Shown piece by piece: positions 28,904-39,466 of a stretch of DNA of 64,000 nucleotides; within the stretch, counting starts at the first letter, position 1; each line of letters opens with the position of its first letter. This DNA comes from Burkholderiales bacterium. Its GTDB lineage: Bacteria; Pseudomonadota; Gammaproteobacteria; Burkholderiales; JAEUOS01. The notes beneath the pieces were generated by a model that was not told where the DNA came from, did not search any database, and saw nothing but the letters and a program-made list of their open reading frames with translations. The DNA is taken from NCBI GenBank assembly GCA_031423955.1, contig JANPGJ010000305.1:467-64466 (forward strand), in the 5' to 3' direction. The translations under genes were made by a program, and so were the position numbers.

Positions 28904-29802
28904 TAGAGATACCCCAGGGACTTGAGCATACCGGCGCTATCTGCCCAGCCGGTCTTCACCTTCACCCACACTTCGAGAAAGACTTTTGAACCAAACAACT
29001 TTTCCATATCGAGCCGCGCTTCAGTGGCGATTCGCTTCATGCGCTCGCCCTTCGCACCAAGCAGAATCACTTTATGACCTGGCCGGTCGACCAGGATGGT
29101 GGCCTGGATCCGCCGCAACCCGCCGTCCTCTTCGAACTTTTCGATGGTGACCTCGGTTCCATACGGTATTTCCTCGCCAGACAGTCGAAACACTTTTTCG
29201 CGAATCAGTTCGGACGCCAGAAACCGCTCCGGCCTGTCGGTAAGCATGTCCGGTTCGTACATAGGCGCCGCATGCGGCAGCAGGCGCGCAACTTCGCCGA
29301 GCAAAGCGTCAATCCCGGCGCCGCTGCGCGCCGAAACCGGAACGATTGCGACAAAATCGCGCTGCCCGCGCACTATCTCGATCAGCGCAAGCAGGCGCTG
29401 AGGCTGCTTCAACGCATCAATCTTGTTGATTGCAAGCAAGACCGGTACGGTAACCGGCAACAAGGCGCAAACAGCGGCATCTTCAGGCCGCCATCCGGCC
29501 GCGTCAATCACCAGTATCGCGACATCCGCCGAACTGATGGCGTCGGTGACACTCTTGTTCATCGCGCGATTCAAGGCATTGCGATGGCGCGACTGGAAGC
29601 CGGGCGTATCGAGAAACACGAATTGAGCGCCTGGATCGCTGCGCACCCCGAGTATCCGATGACGCGTGGTTTGCGCCTTGCGCGAGGTAATGCTGACCTT
29701 GGCGCCGATCAAGTGGTTCAACAGGGTTGACTTGCCGACGTTCGGGCGCCCGGCGATGGCGACGTACCCGGCACGGTGTGCTGATGCCGCATCCTGCGTC
29801 AC
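28903..29802 (-). CDS. era: GTPase Era
   Basis: G1 [12 protein letters not shown]3 DTPG, G4 NKID, and a C-terminal KH domain. The GTG start overlaps the rnc stop (GTGA). Confidence 0.95.
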   Translation of the reverse strand: MTQDAASAHRAGYVAIAGRPNVGKSTLLNHLIGAKVSITSRKAQTTRHRILGVRSDPGAQFVFLDTPGFQSRHRNALNRAMNKSVTDAISSADVAILVIDAAGWRPEDAAVCALLPVTVPVLLAINKIDALKQPQRLLALIEIVRGQRDFVAIVPVSARSGAGIDALLGEVARLLPHAAPMYEPDMLTDRPERFLASELIREKVFRLSGEEIPYGTEVTIEKFEEDGGLRRIQATILVDRPGHKVILLGAKGERMKRIATEARLDMEKLFGSKVFLEVWVKVKTGWADSAGMLKSLGYL

Positions 29803-30635
29803 GGTTCGACTTCCACATTTTGGGCCGGTGCCAGTTGTGGCTTTGGCTCGGCCACTCCGGATTCAGATGCCTCCACAGCCTTTGGAAAATCAGCCGGGAA
29901 CTCCCCGCCAACCGCGGACGACGACTTGCTGTTTCCCTTGCGCACCCGGCGCGCCTTCTTCGGGGCTTCCTTCGGCGCAAGCTCCAGCGCTCGCTTGGCT
30001 GCCGCCTGCTCGGCCGCACGCCGGCTTGCACCTGCCCCGGTGGCGCGAATGTCCAGCTTTGGTATCAGGCACTCAACCTCGAATTCCTGATTGTGCGCTG
30101 CGCCGTGTGTAGCCACCACGTTGTACGTCGGCAATGCAATCTTGCGCCCCTGCAAATATTCCTGCAACAGCGTTTTGGCGTCTTTTCCAAGGGTTTGCGG
30201 ATCGACCGTTTCGAGAATCGGATGGTAGAGCTTGGCAATGGTCTGGCGCGCCGCCTGGAAGCCGCCATCGAGAAAGATGGCGCCGAACAATGCCTCGAGC
30301 GTATCGGCCAGAATTGACGGGCGGCGAAAGCCCCCGCTCTTGAGTTCGCCCTCCCCCAGTCGCAGGTGTGGTGCCAACTCGATTCGCTGCGCGACTTCGT
30401 ACAGCGTCTGCTGCTTGACGAGATTGGAGCGCAGGCGCGATAGGTCTCCTTCATCAAGTTTGGTATAGCGTTCAAACAGGATATGCGCGACCGCGCAGTT
30501 TAGGACGCTGTCACCTAGAAACTCGAGGCGCTCATTGTGCGGTGCGCTATGGCTGCGATGCGTGAGCGCCTGGCCAAGCAATTTCGCGGTAACGAATTTG
30601 TAGCCAAGGCGCGCCTCCAGTTCAGAGGAATCCAC
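29799..30635 (-). CDS. rnc: ribonuclease III, with a ~55-aa low-complexity C-terminal extension
   Basis: RNase III signature [12 protein letters not shown] and a dsRBD ([16 protein letters not shown]). The tail is Lys/Ala/Pro/Glu-rich ([21 protein letters not shown]...). Confidence 0.93.
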   Translation of the reverse strand: MDSSELEARLGYKFVTAKLLGQALTHRSHSAPHNERLEFLGDSVLNCAVAHILFERYTKLDEGDLSRLRSNLVKQQTLYEVAQRIELAPHLRLGEGELKSGGFRRPSILADTLEALFGAIFLDGGFQAARQTIAKLYHPILETVDPQTLGKDAKTLLQEYLQGRKIALPTYNVVATHGAAHNQEFEVECLIPKLDIRATGAGASRRAAEQAAAKRALELAPKEAPKKARRVRKGNSKSSSAVGGEFPADFPKAVEASESGVAEPKPQLAPAQNVEVEP

Positions 30636-30760
30636 GCGCCACTCCGGTTTCCTGCGGCGCTGGAACAGGCCATTGTGTGTTGCAAGACATGGTGGTCAGG
30701 ATTCCCGAACTAAGGATGAATGATTTCAGGCTGCGGGAAAAGCCCATTTCGAACGCTGCG

Positions 30761-31126
30761 TTAAGGGTGATCGCTGCTGCCCGCGTATTCAATGAGCAGG
30801 CTCACGTTGTAGAACAGCGGCACCCGCTTTTCGTACTTGAAGGCGACGACGATGTTGTTGCCGTCTTTGGTGATGTCCAGGTCTTTGCCCGCAATCGTCG
30901 TAATGTCGTTGATGTTGGCAGCACGGTCGAACGCTTTTTGCACCTCAACAACGGTTTTACCGCCACTTTGTGCGGCAATTGCGGCTGCCTTGATATTGCG
31001 GAATTCAAGATAGGTCGGCACCACCTTCAGGGTACCGATCGCGATCAGAACAATCACAATGCAAATCAAAAGTATGCCGAGCATGCTGACTCCACGCTGC
31101 CGGCTCAGGTTGGAATTCCGGGTCAT
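30761..31126 (-). CDS. DUF4845-like small membrane-anchored protein
   Basis: 121 aa with one N-terminal TM (MLGILLICIVIVLIAIG). It holds the position between lepB and rnc that is conserved in Beta/Gammaproteobacteria. The family name is from memory. Confidence 0.65.
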   Translation of the reverse strand: MTRNSNLSRQRGVSMLGILLICIVIVLIAIGTLKVVPTYLEFRNIKAAAIAAQSGGKTVVEVQKAFDRAANINDITTIAGKDLDITKDGNNIVVAFKYEKRVPLFYNVSLLIEYAGSSDHP

Positions 31127-31147
31127 CGCCCCCCCTTTTTAAGCATA

Positions 31148-32056
31148 TCAATCAAAGCCCCCGATTCTGGACAAGTCGAAGTTCAAGCCGCCCGACCAGT
31201 TCATCCAGATGCCGAATGCGCGCCCGACAATATTTGCCTCGGGGACAAAGCCCCAAAACCGGCTGTCGAGACTGTTGTCGCGATTGTCGCCCATCATGAA
31301 ATAGTGTGCCGGCGGAACGGTACAGATAACACCTGCATTATTGTAGAGGCAATTATCGCGCCCCGGAAACTGCGAGGCGGACATGATGAAAGCGGGCGAA
31401 TCCTCGTCATTGAGCACACGATGTGTCTTGCCATCCAGGCTTTCAGTGAACTGCCGCGAGTAAGCCGCCCGGTCACGATGCAGGAAATCTACCTCCGGCC
31501 GCATTGGCAGCTCAGTACCATTCACGGTCAAGCGCTTGTTTTGATATGCTATTTTGTCCCCGGGGATTCCGATGACCCGCTTGATATAGTCCAGTGAAGG
31601 ATCGACGGGATAGCGAAACACCATCACATCGCCGCGCTGCGGCTTGCCGACTTCGATGATCTTGGTGTTGACTACGGGCAAGCGTACGCCGTACGTGAAT
31701 TTGTTTACCAGGATGAAATCCCCGACCAACAAGGTCGGAATCATCGACCCAGACGGAATCTTGAAGGGCTCGACTAGAAACGAACGCAAACCGAACACAA
31801 CAGCGATTACCGGGAAGAAACTTGCTGGAAACTCAAGCCATGCTGGCGGAGTACGCTTTTCGTTTGACAGGCGCAGAACCTCGCTGTCGCGATGCTCGCC
31901 GGAGTACGCGCCAGGATTGCTTGCCATGCGGGCGTCGAGTGCCCGGACCTCGGATTCAAAGGCAGCCTGACGGCGCTTCTTGAAGTACAGGAGATCGGCG
32001 AACCAGAAAATCCCGGTTCCGACGGTTAGGCAAAATAGAATCAGCGCGAAATTCAT
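31148..32056 (-). CDS. lepB: signal peptidase I
   Basis: Catalytic Ser box PSGSMIPTL, Lys box YIKRVIGIPGD, and GDNRDNSLDSRFWG. Confidence 0.93.
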   Translation of the reverse strand: MNFALILFCLTVGTGIFWFADLLYFKKRRQAAFESEVRALDARMASNPGAYSGEHRDSEVLRLSNEKRTPPAWLEFPASFFPVIAVVFGLRSFLVEPFKIPSGSMIPTLLVGDFILVNKFTYGVRLPVVNTKIIEVGKPQRGDVMVFRYPVDPSLDYIKRVIGIPGDKIAYQNKRLTVNGTELPMRPEVDFLHRDRAAYSRQFTESLDGKTHRVLNDEDSPAFIMSASQFPGRDNCLYNNAGVICTVPPAHYFMMGDNRDNSLDSRFWGFVPEANIVGRAFGIWMNWSGGLNFDLSRIGGFD

Positions 32057-33846
32057 CAGCCGTCCACCTGCAATATCGCCAAAAAAGCTTCTTGCGGAAT
32101 TTCCACGCTGCCCACCTGCTTCATCCGCTTCTTGCCAGCCTTTTGCTTTTCCAGCAGTTTGCGCTTGCGTGAGATGTCACCGCCATAGCATTTGGCTAGA
32201 ACGTTCTTACGCAATGCCTTGACGTTCTCCCGGGAAATGATGTGGGCACCAATCGCCGCCTGTATCGCGACGTCAAACATCTGCCGCGGGATCAATTCAC
32301 GCATTTTCGACACCAGTTCGCGCCCGCGATACTGGCTGTTGGCCCGGTGCACGATGATTGAAAGGGCATCGACTTTTTCGCTGTTGATCAGGACATCGAC
32401 CTTGACAACGTCTGCGACCCGGTATTCCTTGAATTCATAGTCCATGGAGGCGTAGCCCCGGGATGCCGACTTCAGTTTGTCGAAGAAATCGAGAACGATT
32501 TCATTGAGCGGCATTTCATAGGTAAGATGCACTTGACGACCGTGATACGCCATATTCAATTGAACGCCGCGCTTGACATTGCACAACGTCATGATTGCGC
32601 CGACATACTCCTGCGGCATGAACAACTGCACCGTCATGATCGGTTCGCGAATGGCTTCCACCCGGCCGGGGTCCGGCAACTTGTCCGGGTTGTCAATGAC
32701 GATCGTCTCGCCGCTGCGCAACATCACTTCGTACATCACCGACGGTGCTGTAGTGATGAGGTCCATGTCGAACTCTCGTTCGAGTCGTTCCTGCACGATA
32801 TCCATGTGCAGCAATCCGAGAAAGCCGCAGCGAAAGCCGAAGCCAAGGGCCTGCGACACTTCTGGTTGATATTGCAGTGATGCGTCGTTCAGCTGCAGTT
32901 TTTCGAGGGAATCGCGCAGCGCTTCGTACTGGTTCGCCTCGACCGGGAACAAACCGGCGAATACTTGTGGTTGAATTTCCTTGAAACCAGGCAAGGCGGA
33001 CGCTGCCGGCTTGTCCGCCAAGGTAACCGTGTCACCGACCTTGGCTGCCTTGAGTTCCTTGATACCCGAAATGATGAACCCGACCTCGCCTGCGGACAAG
33101 CTTTCACGCTGCACGGATTTAGGCGTGAATACACCGACCTGCTCGCACAGGAACGTGCCGCCGGCAGCCATCAGGCGAATCCGGTCCTTGGGTTTCAGGC
33201 TGCCCTGCATGACTCGAACCAGCATCACCACGCCAACATAATTGTCAAACCAGGAGTCGATGATCAATGCCTGTAACGCGCTGTTGCGATCCCCCTTGGG
33301 AGGCGGCACGCGCGCAATCATCGCTTCGATGACATCAAGCACGCCTTCACCAGTCTTGGCGCTGGTCCGAACCGCATCATGGGCGTCGATGCCTATGACA
33401 TCCTCGATCTCGGCAATGGCATTGTCCGGGTCGGCCGACGGCAGATCGATCTTGTTGAGCACCGGGACAACTTCAACCCCGAGATCAAGAGCCGTATAAC
33501 AATTGGCGACCGTCTGCGCCTCCACGCCCTGTGAGGCGTCAACCACCAGCAAGGCGCCCTCGCAGGCAGACAAGGATCGGCTGACTTCATACGAAAAATC
33601 AACATGCCCTGGCGTGTCGATCAGGTTGAGGTTGTATTTCTGGCCGTCCCGCGCGGTGTAGTGCAGGGCCGCGGTCTGGGCCTTGATGGTGATCCCGCGT
33701 TCCCGCTCAAGATCCATGGAATCAAGTACTTGCGCTTCCATTTCCCGATCCGTCAAGCCGCCACAAAGTTGGATGATGCGATCAGCCAACGTTGATTTGC
33801 CGTGGTCGATATGAGCGATGATCGAAAAATTGCGGATATGCTGCAT
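32056..33846 (-). CDS. lepA: translation elongation factor 4 (LepA)
   Basis: From ATG 33846: [20 protein letters not shown], then DTPGHVDF and NKIDL. The C-terminal LepA domain ends ...[11 protein letters not shown]. Confidence 0.95.
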   Translation of the reverse strand: MQHIRNFSIIAHIDHGKSTLADRIIQLCGGLTDREMEAQVLDSMDLERERGITIKAQTAALHYTARDGQKYNLNLIDTPGHVDFSYEVSRSLSACEGALLVVDASQGVEAQTVANCYTALDLGVEVVPVLNKIDLPSADPDNAIAEIEDVIGIDAHDAVRTSAKTGEGVLDVIEAMIARVPPPKGDRNSALQALIIDSWFDNYVGVVMLVRVMQGSLKPKDRIRLMAAGGTFLCEQVGVFTPKSVQRESLSAGEVGFIISGIKELKAAKVGDTVTLADKPAASALPGFKEIQPQVFAGLFPVEANQYEALRDSLEKLQLNDASLQYQPEVSQALGFGFRCGFLGLLHMDIVQERLEREFDMDLITTAPSVMYEVMLRSGETIVIDNPDKLPDPGRVEAIREPIMTVQLFMPQEYVGAIMTLCNVKRGVQLNMAYHGRQVHLTYEMPLNEIVLDFFDKLKSASRGYASMDYEFKEYRVADVVKVDVLINSEKVDALSIIVHRANSQYRGRELVSKMRELIPRQMFDVAIQAAIGAHIISRENVKALRKNVLAKCYGGDISRKRKLLEKQKAGKKRMKQVGSVEIPQEAFLAILQVDG

Positions 33847-33880
33847 GTGCTCGCGGCCGTTTCGGCCCGTCGGTTGCTGA

Positions 33881-33917
33881 GTAAGAAACAACAAGGGCGC
33901 GACATCAATCGCGCCCT
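33881..33917 (-). terminator. rho-independent terminator downstream of degP
   Basis: 9-bp stem AGGGCGCGA (33894-33902) / TCGCGCCCT (33909-33917) with a 6-nt loop. On the minus strand it is followed by TGTTGTTTCTTAC. It lies 40 nt after the degP stop and 35 nt before the lepA ATG. Confidence 0.6.
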
Positions 33918-33956
33918 CAAGATTAATTGCTAAGTCCTTATTTTAGCGGATTTTTA

Positions 33957-35438
33957 CTATTTGCGGTCGGGGCGGATGGTGACGTATTGGGAGGTTTCCC
34001 CCCGTTTTACAAGCACCGCGACCACCCGCTTCGGATCCAGTTTGGCGACCAGGTCGTTGAATTGACGCGCGCTGACTACGTCAGTGCTCTGCAGCTTGAG
34101 AATGATATCGCCAGCGCGCAAGCCGGCGCGTGCGGCGGCACCATCAACCGCGTCGACCACAACGCCTCCCTCGATCTTCAATTCCTTGCGCTTCGCTTCC
34201 GTAATGTCGCTAACCACAAGCCCAACCGCATTGGGCACTGGTTCCTTATCCTTGCCGGGCGCCGGCGCCGCGCGGTTCGATCGCTGCGCAACCCGGTCTG
34301 GTTCCATCTCGCCCAAGGTGAGCGAAAGGTCGCGCGCAGCACCGTTGCGCCAGATTTGCACCGCAACTTTCTGTCCTGGCTTGGTGTTGCCAACGATGCG
34401 CGGCAGGTCGGTATGCTTTTCCACCGGTTTGCCGTCGAATCGAAGAATCACATCGCCCTCCTTCAGGCCCGACCTTTCAGCCGCGGTATTCGGCAACACC
34501 TTTTCGACCACTGCGCCAGCCGCCGCTTTCAATCCCAGGGATTCGGCCACGTCCTTGGTGACCGCGCCCGGTTGAACGCCCAGAAACCCCCGGGTCACCC
34601 GACCGCTGGTGGTCAATTGTTCGCCGACCCGCATGGCTTCATCAATCGGGATCGCAAACGAAATTCCCTGGTAACCGCCGGAACGGCTGTAGATCATCGA
34701 ATTGATGCCGATGACTTCGCCTCGCATATTGATCAGCGGTCCGCCGGAGTTTCCAGGATTAATCGCGACATCGGTTTGAATGAACGGCACGTATTCACCG
34801 GTGTCGCGCCCCTTCGCGCTGACGATACCGGCGGTTACCGTATTGTCGAGGTCGAAAGGCGAGCCAATTGCCATCACCCATTCCCCAACCCGAAGGCGTC
34901 CGGAATCACCGATCGAAACAAACGGAAGACCGGTCGCCTCGACTTTCACAATCGCGATGTCAGTGCGCTGGTCAACGCCAAGTACCTTGGCCTTGAACTC
35001 GCGCTTGTCGGGAAGCCTGACATATATCTCATCGGCGCCGCGAACAACGTGCGCATTTGTCATGATTCGACCATCGGCCGACAGAATGAAACCAGACCCG
35101 ACGCCCGATGGAACTTCCTCCCCCCGCTCGGGCGCGGGACGCTCCGGCGCAGGACGCGGGCTGCGCGGATTGCGCTCACCGCGCGGCGGACACATCCAGG
35201 GGAACAACTCGCAAAACGGATTGTCTTCGTCGGCCCCGCCGGGCCCGCCCCGGAACGGCGCGCTTCGCCCGGGCGCACCGTTTTGGGTTGTCCGGATATT
35301 GACCACCGCCGGCCCCACTTTGTCAACGAGATCTGTGAAGTCCGGCAGCATCCGGGCCTGCGCAAACGCATCAGGCGAGAATTGCAACGGTGCCAGCAAG
35401 CAAAACGCAAGGATAAAAACACGCGAATAGCGTGGCAT
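33957..35438 (-). CDS. degP: periplasmic serine endoprotease, HtrA family (DegP/DegQ/MucD), two PDZ domains
   Basis: Signal peptide, catalytic His (TNAHVV) and Ser (GNSGGPLI), followed by two PDZ-like segments. Confidence 0.92.
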   Translation of the reverse strand: MPRYSRVFILAFCLLAPLQFSPDAFAQARMLPDFTDLVDKVGPAVVNIRTTQNGAPGRSAPFRGGPGGADEDNPFCELFPWMCPPRGERNPRSPRPAPERPAPERGEEVPSGVGSGFILSADGRIMTNAHVVRGADEIYVRLPDKREFKAKVLGVDQRTDIAIVKVEATGLPFVSIGDSGRLRVGEWVMAIGSPFDLDNTVTAGIVSAKGRDTGEYVPFIQTDVAINPGNSGGPLINMRGEVIGINSMIYSRSGGYQGISFAIPIDEAMRVGEQLTTSGRVTRGFLGVQPGAVTKDVAESLGLKAAAGAVVEKVLPNTAAERSGLKEGDVILRFDGKPVEKHTDLPRIVGNTKPGQKVAVQIWRNGAARDLSLTLGEMEPDRVAQRSNRAAPAPGKDKEPVPNAVGLVVSDITEAKRKELKIEGGVVVDAVDGAAARAGLRAGDIILKLQSTDVVSARQFNDLVAKLDPKRVVAVLVKRGETSQYVTIRPDRK

Positions 35439-35482
35439 GACGACCTCTTTTTTTAAGGTGGGGCTGGGAAACGAACCACTGA

Positions 35483-36469
35483 TTATTGCCTGACAACAGG
35501 CTTGAATTCGATCGCCTGGCCGATCCGGGTAACACAGGCCGGCGGCGCTTCGCCAAGTACAGTCACCAGATGATCACCGATCCGCCGCCTGTAAACGTTG
35601 ACCGCTCCCTGACTGGACAAACCCTCGTGCGGACGTGCCCCTCCGCGCACCGGTTCCAGAAACACAGACACAGACGCCAGCCCGTCCGAGAACACCACCT
35701 GACCGACTTCAACGTCGCCGATGTCACGGCGCATTTCAAGAATTTTGCTGAACCCCGGCGGCGAATTCTCGATATACCACCCTGCATCAGCCGGACGCCA
35801 AGGCGCGGCGACCGGGGTGGCAACGCGCCAGTCGCGACCACCATCGCGCTTTGCCAGATGTGCCCTGAACCGATCTGCCGTGCCCCCGATGTCAACCTGG
35901 GAAAACGCGATCTGTTCGACCACCTCGTCCTTTTCGTTGATCATTTGAGCCTTGAGCAACAAGCCGGAATTGAGATCAGCCCAGAGCTTGTGCCGATAAC
36001 GCATCTGGTCGCGCGGTTCAAGTGTCAATATCTGGCAATCGAGTCCGGCGACGCGGCCGAGGTCCCCCTTGCGCGCGTCATATTGCTCCGCGACACTGCT
36101 CAATTGATCGGTCAAAAGGGCCGGAAATCCTCCTTTGACCGCCCGGTTTTCGACCTGGATCGTCTTGGTTGCCGGCACATAGGTTTTCACCTGTTCATTG
36201 GTGCGCACAACCACCAGTGCCGCCCCGTCGAGTATCTCAAGGCGTTCGCGACGGTTGCTGCCATCGACCACATGGGTGATTCGTGAAGTCTGCGGCTGGC
36301 CGCCGTATTGCATGTGAACAAACGTGCCGGAATAGTTGAGTTTCTGGGCCGCCTGCTGGATCCGCTTGAGCCACTGCGCAGCATCGATCGACGATTGCTG
36401 CGCAACGACGCTCGCCGAAGACGCCGATAGCCACAACAACCAACCACACCACGCCACAGTAGTCTTCAT
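35483..36469 (-). CDS. rseB: sigma-E regulatory protein RseB/MucB
   Basis: Signal peptide, then QWLKRIQQAAQKLNYSGTFV, typical of the MucB/RseB N-terminal domain. It holds the position between the anti-sigma gene and degP. Confidence 0.85.
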   Translation of the reverse strand: MKTTVAWCGWLLWLSASSASVVAQQSSIDAAQWLKRIQQAAQKLNYSGTFVHMQYGGQPQTSRITHVVDGSNRRERLEILDGAALVVVRTNEQVKTYVPATKTIQVENRAVKGGFPALLTDQLSSVAEQYDARKGDLGRVAGLDCQILTLEPRDQMRYRHKLWADLNSGLLLKAQMINEKDEVVEQIAFSQVDIGGTADRFRAHLAKRDGGRDWRVATPVAAPWRPADAGWYIENSPPGFSKILEMRRDIGDVEVGQVVFSDGLASVSVFLEPVRGGARPHEGLSSQGAVNVYRRRIGDHLVTVLGEAPPACVTRIGQAIEFKPVVRQ

Positions 36470-36474
36470 GCGCG

Positions 36475-37014
36475 CTAACGCCCCGGCTCGGTCGTGCTGA
36501 AGCTCACCTGACCAATGCCTGTCCGCATGCCGGCGGCGCGCGCGTACTGCCTGTGTGCCGCAATGTACTCACCAGACACGCTCGGCGGTGGCGGCGGTAG
36601 AAGTACCGGTGCCGGCGCCGCAACGGGCGCAATTGCCGCTGCAACCTGATCGGATCGTTGTCGCAACTGTGGCAATGCAATCAGCGCAACCGCGATCACC
36701 GCAGATGCCGCGACGGCAAGCGTTGCCGGCCGCCGCCAATGCGCCGCGCCAGCGCCGGGGGGCGAAACCGGCGGCGCCAACAGGAACGGCTCAGCCTCCA
36801 GGCGCAGCGCAATTGCCGCGGACAGCCGGCTGGAATGGCAACCCATTTCGTCACTGCGCAGGATGTCGCCAATACAGTGATACACGACCCAGTCGTCCTT
36901 CAGGACCTGCTGTTGCCGGCAGTCAGCCAAAATGCGGTCGGCGAACGCCGGCTCGAGTTCGCCGTCGATAAAGGCCGACATACGCTCGTCGCGATTGCTC
37001 AAGTGCTGTGCCAT
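36475..37014 (-). CDS. rseA: anti-sigma-E factor RseA/MucA family
   Basis: MSAFIDGEL motif near the N-terminus, a central TM (LAVAASAVIAVALIAL), and a position directly after rpoE. I chose ATG 37014 because GGAGA lies 6 nt upstream. In-frame ATG 37026 and TTG 37029 are alternatives. Confidence 0.7.
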   Translation of the reverse strand: MAQHLSNRDERMSAFIDGELEPAFADRILADCRQQQVLKDDWVVYHCIGDILRSDEMGCHSSRLSAAIALRLEAEPFLLAPPVSPPGAGAAHWRRPATLAVAASAVIAVALIALPQLRQRSDQVAAAIAPVAAPAPVLLPPPPPSVSGEYIAAHRQYARAAGMRTGIGQVSFSTTEPGR

Positions 37015-37037
37015 TCCAGTCTCCATCAATTTATTGC

Positions 37038-37637
37038 CTACCAGCGTCGGTCCCCGGTGGTTCCAAGGAGCGGCCGCAAGTCCGTAGCTATCGCCTCCCG
37101 CGCCCGAAATATGCGCGATCTCACCGTGCCAATCGGACAGTCCATCATTTCCGCGATATCGTCGTAGCTCATACCTTCCACTTCACGCAATGTAATCGCG
37201 ATGCGCAATTCTTCGGGAAGTTTGGCCATTGCCGCATTGACTGTTGCCGCAACCTGCCTGGACATCAGAATCGATTCCGGCGTGTTGATATCCCTTAGTT
37301 GGTCGGCGTCCTCAAAAGTTTCCGCCTCCTCGACGTCTTTTTCAGTACTGGTGGGTGCGCGCCGCCCCTGCGAGACCAGGAAGTTCTTGGCCGTATTGAC
37401 GCCGATTCGATATAGCCAGGTATAGAACGCCGATTCGCCGCGAAACTGCGGCAGCGCGCGATAGGCCTTGATGAATGCCTCCTGCGCCACATCCTCGACT
37501 TCGGCTGGATCTCGCACGATGCGCGAGATCAGGCGCACCAGCTTGCGCTGATACTTGGTGACAAGCAATTCGAACGCATGCTTTTCGCCACGCTGTGCTC
37601 GTTCCACCAGAAGTTGGTCAACATCGCGTTCGGACAA
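37038..37637 (-). CDS. rpoE: RNA polymerase sigma-24 factor RpoE/AlgU (ECF)
   Basis: MSERDVDQLLVERAQRGEKHAFELLVTKYQRKL aligns with the E. coli RpoE N-terminus. Region 4 is LREVEGMSYDDIAEMMDCPIGTVRSRIFRAR. The start is TTG; there is no in-frame ATG nearby. Confidence 0.93.
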   Translation of the reverse strand: MSERDVDQLLVERAQRGEKHAFELLVTKYQRKLVRLISRIVRDPAEVEDVAQEAFIKAYRALPQFRGESAFYTWLYRIGVNTAKNFLVSQGRRAPTSTEKDVEEAETFEDADQLRDINTPESILMSRQVAATVNAAMAKLPEELRIAITLREVEGMSYDDIAEMMDCPIGTVRSRIFRAREAIATDLRPLLGTTGDRRW

Positions 37638-37737
37638 CCACCCACCCTGTGCTCAATGTGCCGACTGCCGACAGGCAGCTCAAGCATAGAAGTATAGTCA
37701 AGGCCAGCGCAGGAAGGCGGATGCAAGTCCCCCAAAA

Positions 37738-38178
37738 TCAGCCCTGCGCGGCATTGGTACCGACATCGTTGCGCAAATGAAGGCGCAGCCGGCGAAAAGC
37801 AAGGACGCCGGCGCTTCCTGACGTCACGACCAGCCTGATTGCATCCCCGGGCGAAGTCGAATCGTTCAATTCGGCGAATATGGCTCTTGGCAGGACGGTC
37901 GCCCGGACCGGTTGCAGTTCACGGCTAGAACCATTCCTCGAGTCAATCCGCCAGCGCCCGGACGACAAACGAGTCAAGCGAAACGTGTCCGGTGCCGCCC
38001 TTGTTGCGCGGGCGCGCCCCAGGACTGCGCAAGCAATCAGAAAGGTTGCGGCAGCGCATGCCCACGGCAAAACAAAAGCCAGCCACCCGCAGACGCTGAC
38101 TGACGCGCCGACGCCAAGTCGCCACAGCCACTGCAGTGCGTCCGGCGGCCCGATCGGCAACTCGCTCGACAACGCCAT
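37738..38178 (-). CDS. small inner-membrane protein, possibly YgfX/CptA-like (two TM segments plus a C-terminal soluble part)
   Basis: 146 aa with hydrophobic segments WRLGVGASVSVCGWLAFVL and ACAAATFLIACAVLG. The following FRLTRLSSGRWRI ... IRLVVTSGSAGVLAFRRLRLHLR resembles the layout of E. coli YgfX (EIRLLMDGRLRW ... WLAADSMDEAEWRDLRRIL). The similarity was judged by eye only. Confidence 0.4.
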   Translation of the reverse strand: MALSSELPIGPPDALQWLWRLGVGASVSVCGWLAFVLPWACAAATFLIACAVLGRARATRAAPDTFRLTRLSSGRWRIDSRNGSSRELQPVRATVLPRAIFAELNDSTSPGDAIRLVVTSGSAGVLAFRRLRLHLRNDVGTNAAQG

Positions 38179-38193
38179 GGCAGGTACCCGACG

Positions 38194-39450
38194 TCAGACT
38201 GGCGTGAATACAAGCGTGCTGTTGGTGCCGCCAAACCCGAACGAATTCGACACTGCGCCGCGAATCCGCATGTCGCGCGCCGTGTTGGCACAGTAATCAA
38301 GATCGCACTCCGGATCTTGATTGAAGATATTGATCGTCGGAGGCGACACTTGCCGCATCACGGCGAGTGCGGAAAACACTGCTTCGATGCCGCCTGCCGC
38401 ACCGAGCAGATGGCCGGTCATGGATTTGGTTGAATTGACGACCAACTTGCGGGCGTGGTCACCAAACGCCGCCTTGACGGCTTCGGTCTCGTTCTTGTCG
38501 CCCAGCGGGGTCGACGTGCCGTGCGCGTTTATGTAGTCGATCTGATCGGGGTTGACACCCGCGTTGCGCAGTGCATTTTGCATCGAGCGCCGGGGACCGC
38601 TCTGGTCCGGAGCGGTTATGTGATGAGCATCGCCGGTCAGGCCGTATCCGGCCAGTTCGCAGTAAATCCGGGCACCACGCGCTTTTGCATGTTCATACTC
38701 CTCTAGGACCACCGCACCGGCCCCCTCGCCCAGCACAAATCCATCGCGATCGCGATCCCATGGTCGACTCGCGGTCGCCGGGTCCGCGTTGCGACCGGAC
38801 AACGCGCGGGCAGACGCAAAGCCGCCGATTGCCAACTGGGTGATGGTGCCTTCCGCGCCGCCGGCCAGCATCACATCGGCATCGCCGTATTCAATAAGGC
38901 GCGCCGATTCACCGATACAGTGATTGCCGGTCGCGCAGGCGCTGACACAAGCCAGATTCGGCCCCTTCAGCCCGAACATGATCGAAAGATGGCCTGAAAT
39001 CAGATTGATGATCGAGGCCGGTATGAAAAATGGGGAAATCCGTCGCGCGCCGCGCTCCAGCATCATCGAGTGCATCTGCTCGATCATCGGAAGGCCGCCG
39101 ATTCCGGAGCCGATGTTGACCCCCATCTGTTCACTGTTGGCATCGTCGACGCTAAGCCCGCTGTCGCGAAACGCCTGTGCTCCGGCGGCAATGCCGTAGT
39201 GGATGAAGAGGTCCATATGCCGCGCTTCTTTGGCGGGAATGTAATCTTCAATCGAAAAACCCTTGAGTTCTCCGGCAATGTGGCAGGAGATCGGCAGCTT
39301 TTCATCTTCGGGATCGAAACGGGTGATCCGCGCGATCCCGGACTTGCCGGCCAACAGATTCGACCACGCGTCCTCGACGCCGTTGCCGATCGGGCAAACA
39401 ATGCCAAGCCCGGTTACCACTACCCTGCGCTTGCTGCCTCCAAATCCCAC
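38194..39450 (-). CDS. fabF: beta-ketoacyl-ACP synthase II
   Basis: Active-site ACVSACATG, then INAHGTSTPLGD and KSMTGHLLGAAG. GTG start at 39450 with AAGGAG 8 nt upstream. Confidence 0.95.
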   Translation of the reverse strand: MGFGGSKRRVVVTGLGIVCPIGNGVEDAWSNLLAGKSGIARITRFDPEDEKLPISCHIAGELKGFSIEDYIPAKEARHMDLFIHYGIAAGAQAFRDSGLSVDDANSEQMGVNIGSGIGGLPMIEQMHSMMLERGARRISPFFIPASIINLISGHLSIMFGLKGPNLACVSACATGNHCIGESARLIEYGDADVMLAGGAEGTITQLAIGGFASARALSGRNADPATASRPWDRDRDGFVLGEGAGAVVLEEYEHAKARGARIYCELAGYGLTGDAHHITAPDQSGPRRSMQNALRNAGVNPDQIDYINAHGTSTPLGDKNETEAVKAAFGDHARKLVVNSTKSMTGHLLGAAGGIEAVFSALAVMRQVSPPTINIFNQDPECDLDYCANTARDMRIRGAVSNSFGFGGTNSTLVFTPV

Positions 39451-39466
39451 GTGCGGGCTCCTTGAA

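Noticed and set aside
33927-35456. 509-aa ORF on the plus strand covering the whole degP locus. Similar long antisense ORFs occur at 3618-4724, 5558-6682, 15949-16947, 21267-22370, 50418-51476, 56888-57904, 59977-61269 and 62937-63767.
   Set aside because: Each lies exactly opposite a gene with clear family motifs. Each translates to Arg/Gly/Pro/Ala-rich low-complexity sequence with no motifs. Such shadow frames are expected in GC-rich DNA because stop codons are rare.
37638-37737. Search for a sigma-E-type autoregulated promoter (GAACTT-N16-TCTGA-like) upstream of rpoE.
   Set aside because: Only a partial GGACTT is present, with no matching -10 element at the right spacing. A TATACT hexamer is present but lacks a -35. 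This is not enough to call a promoter.
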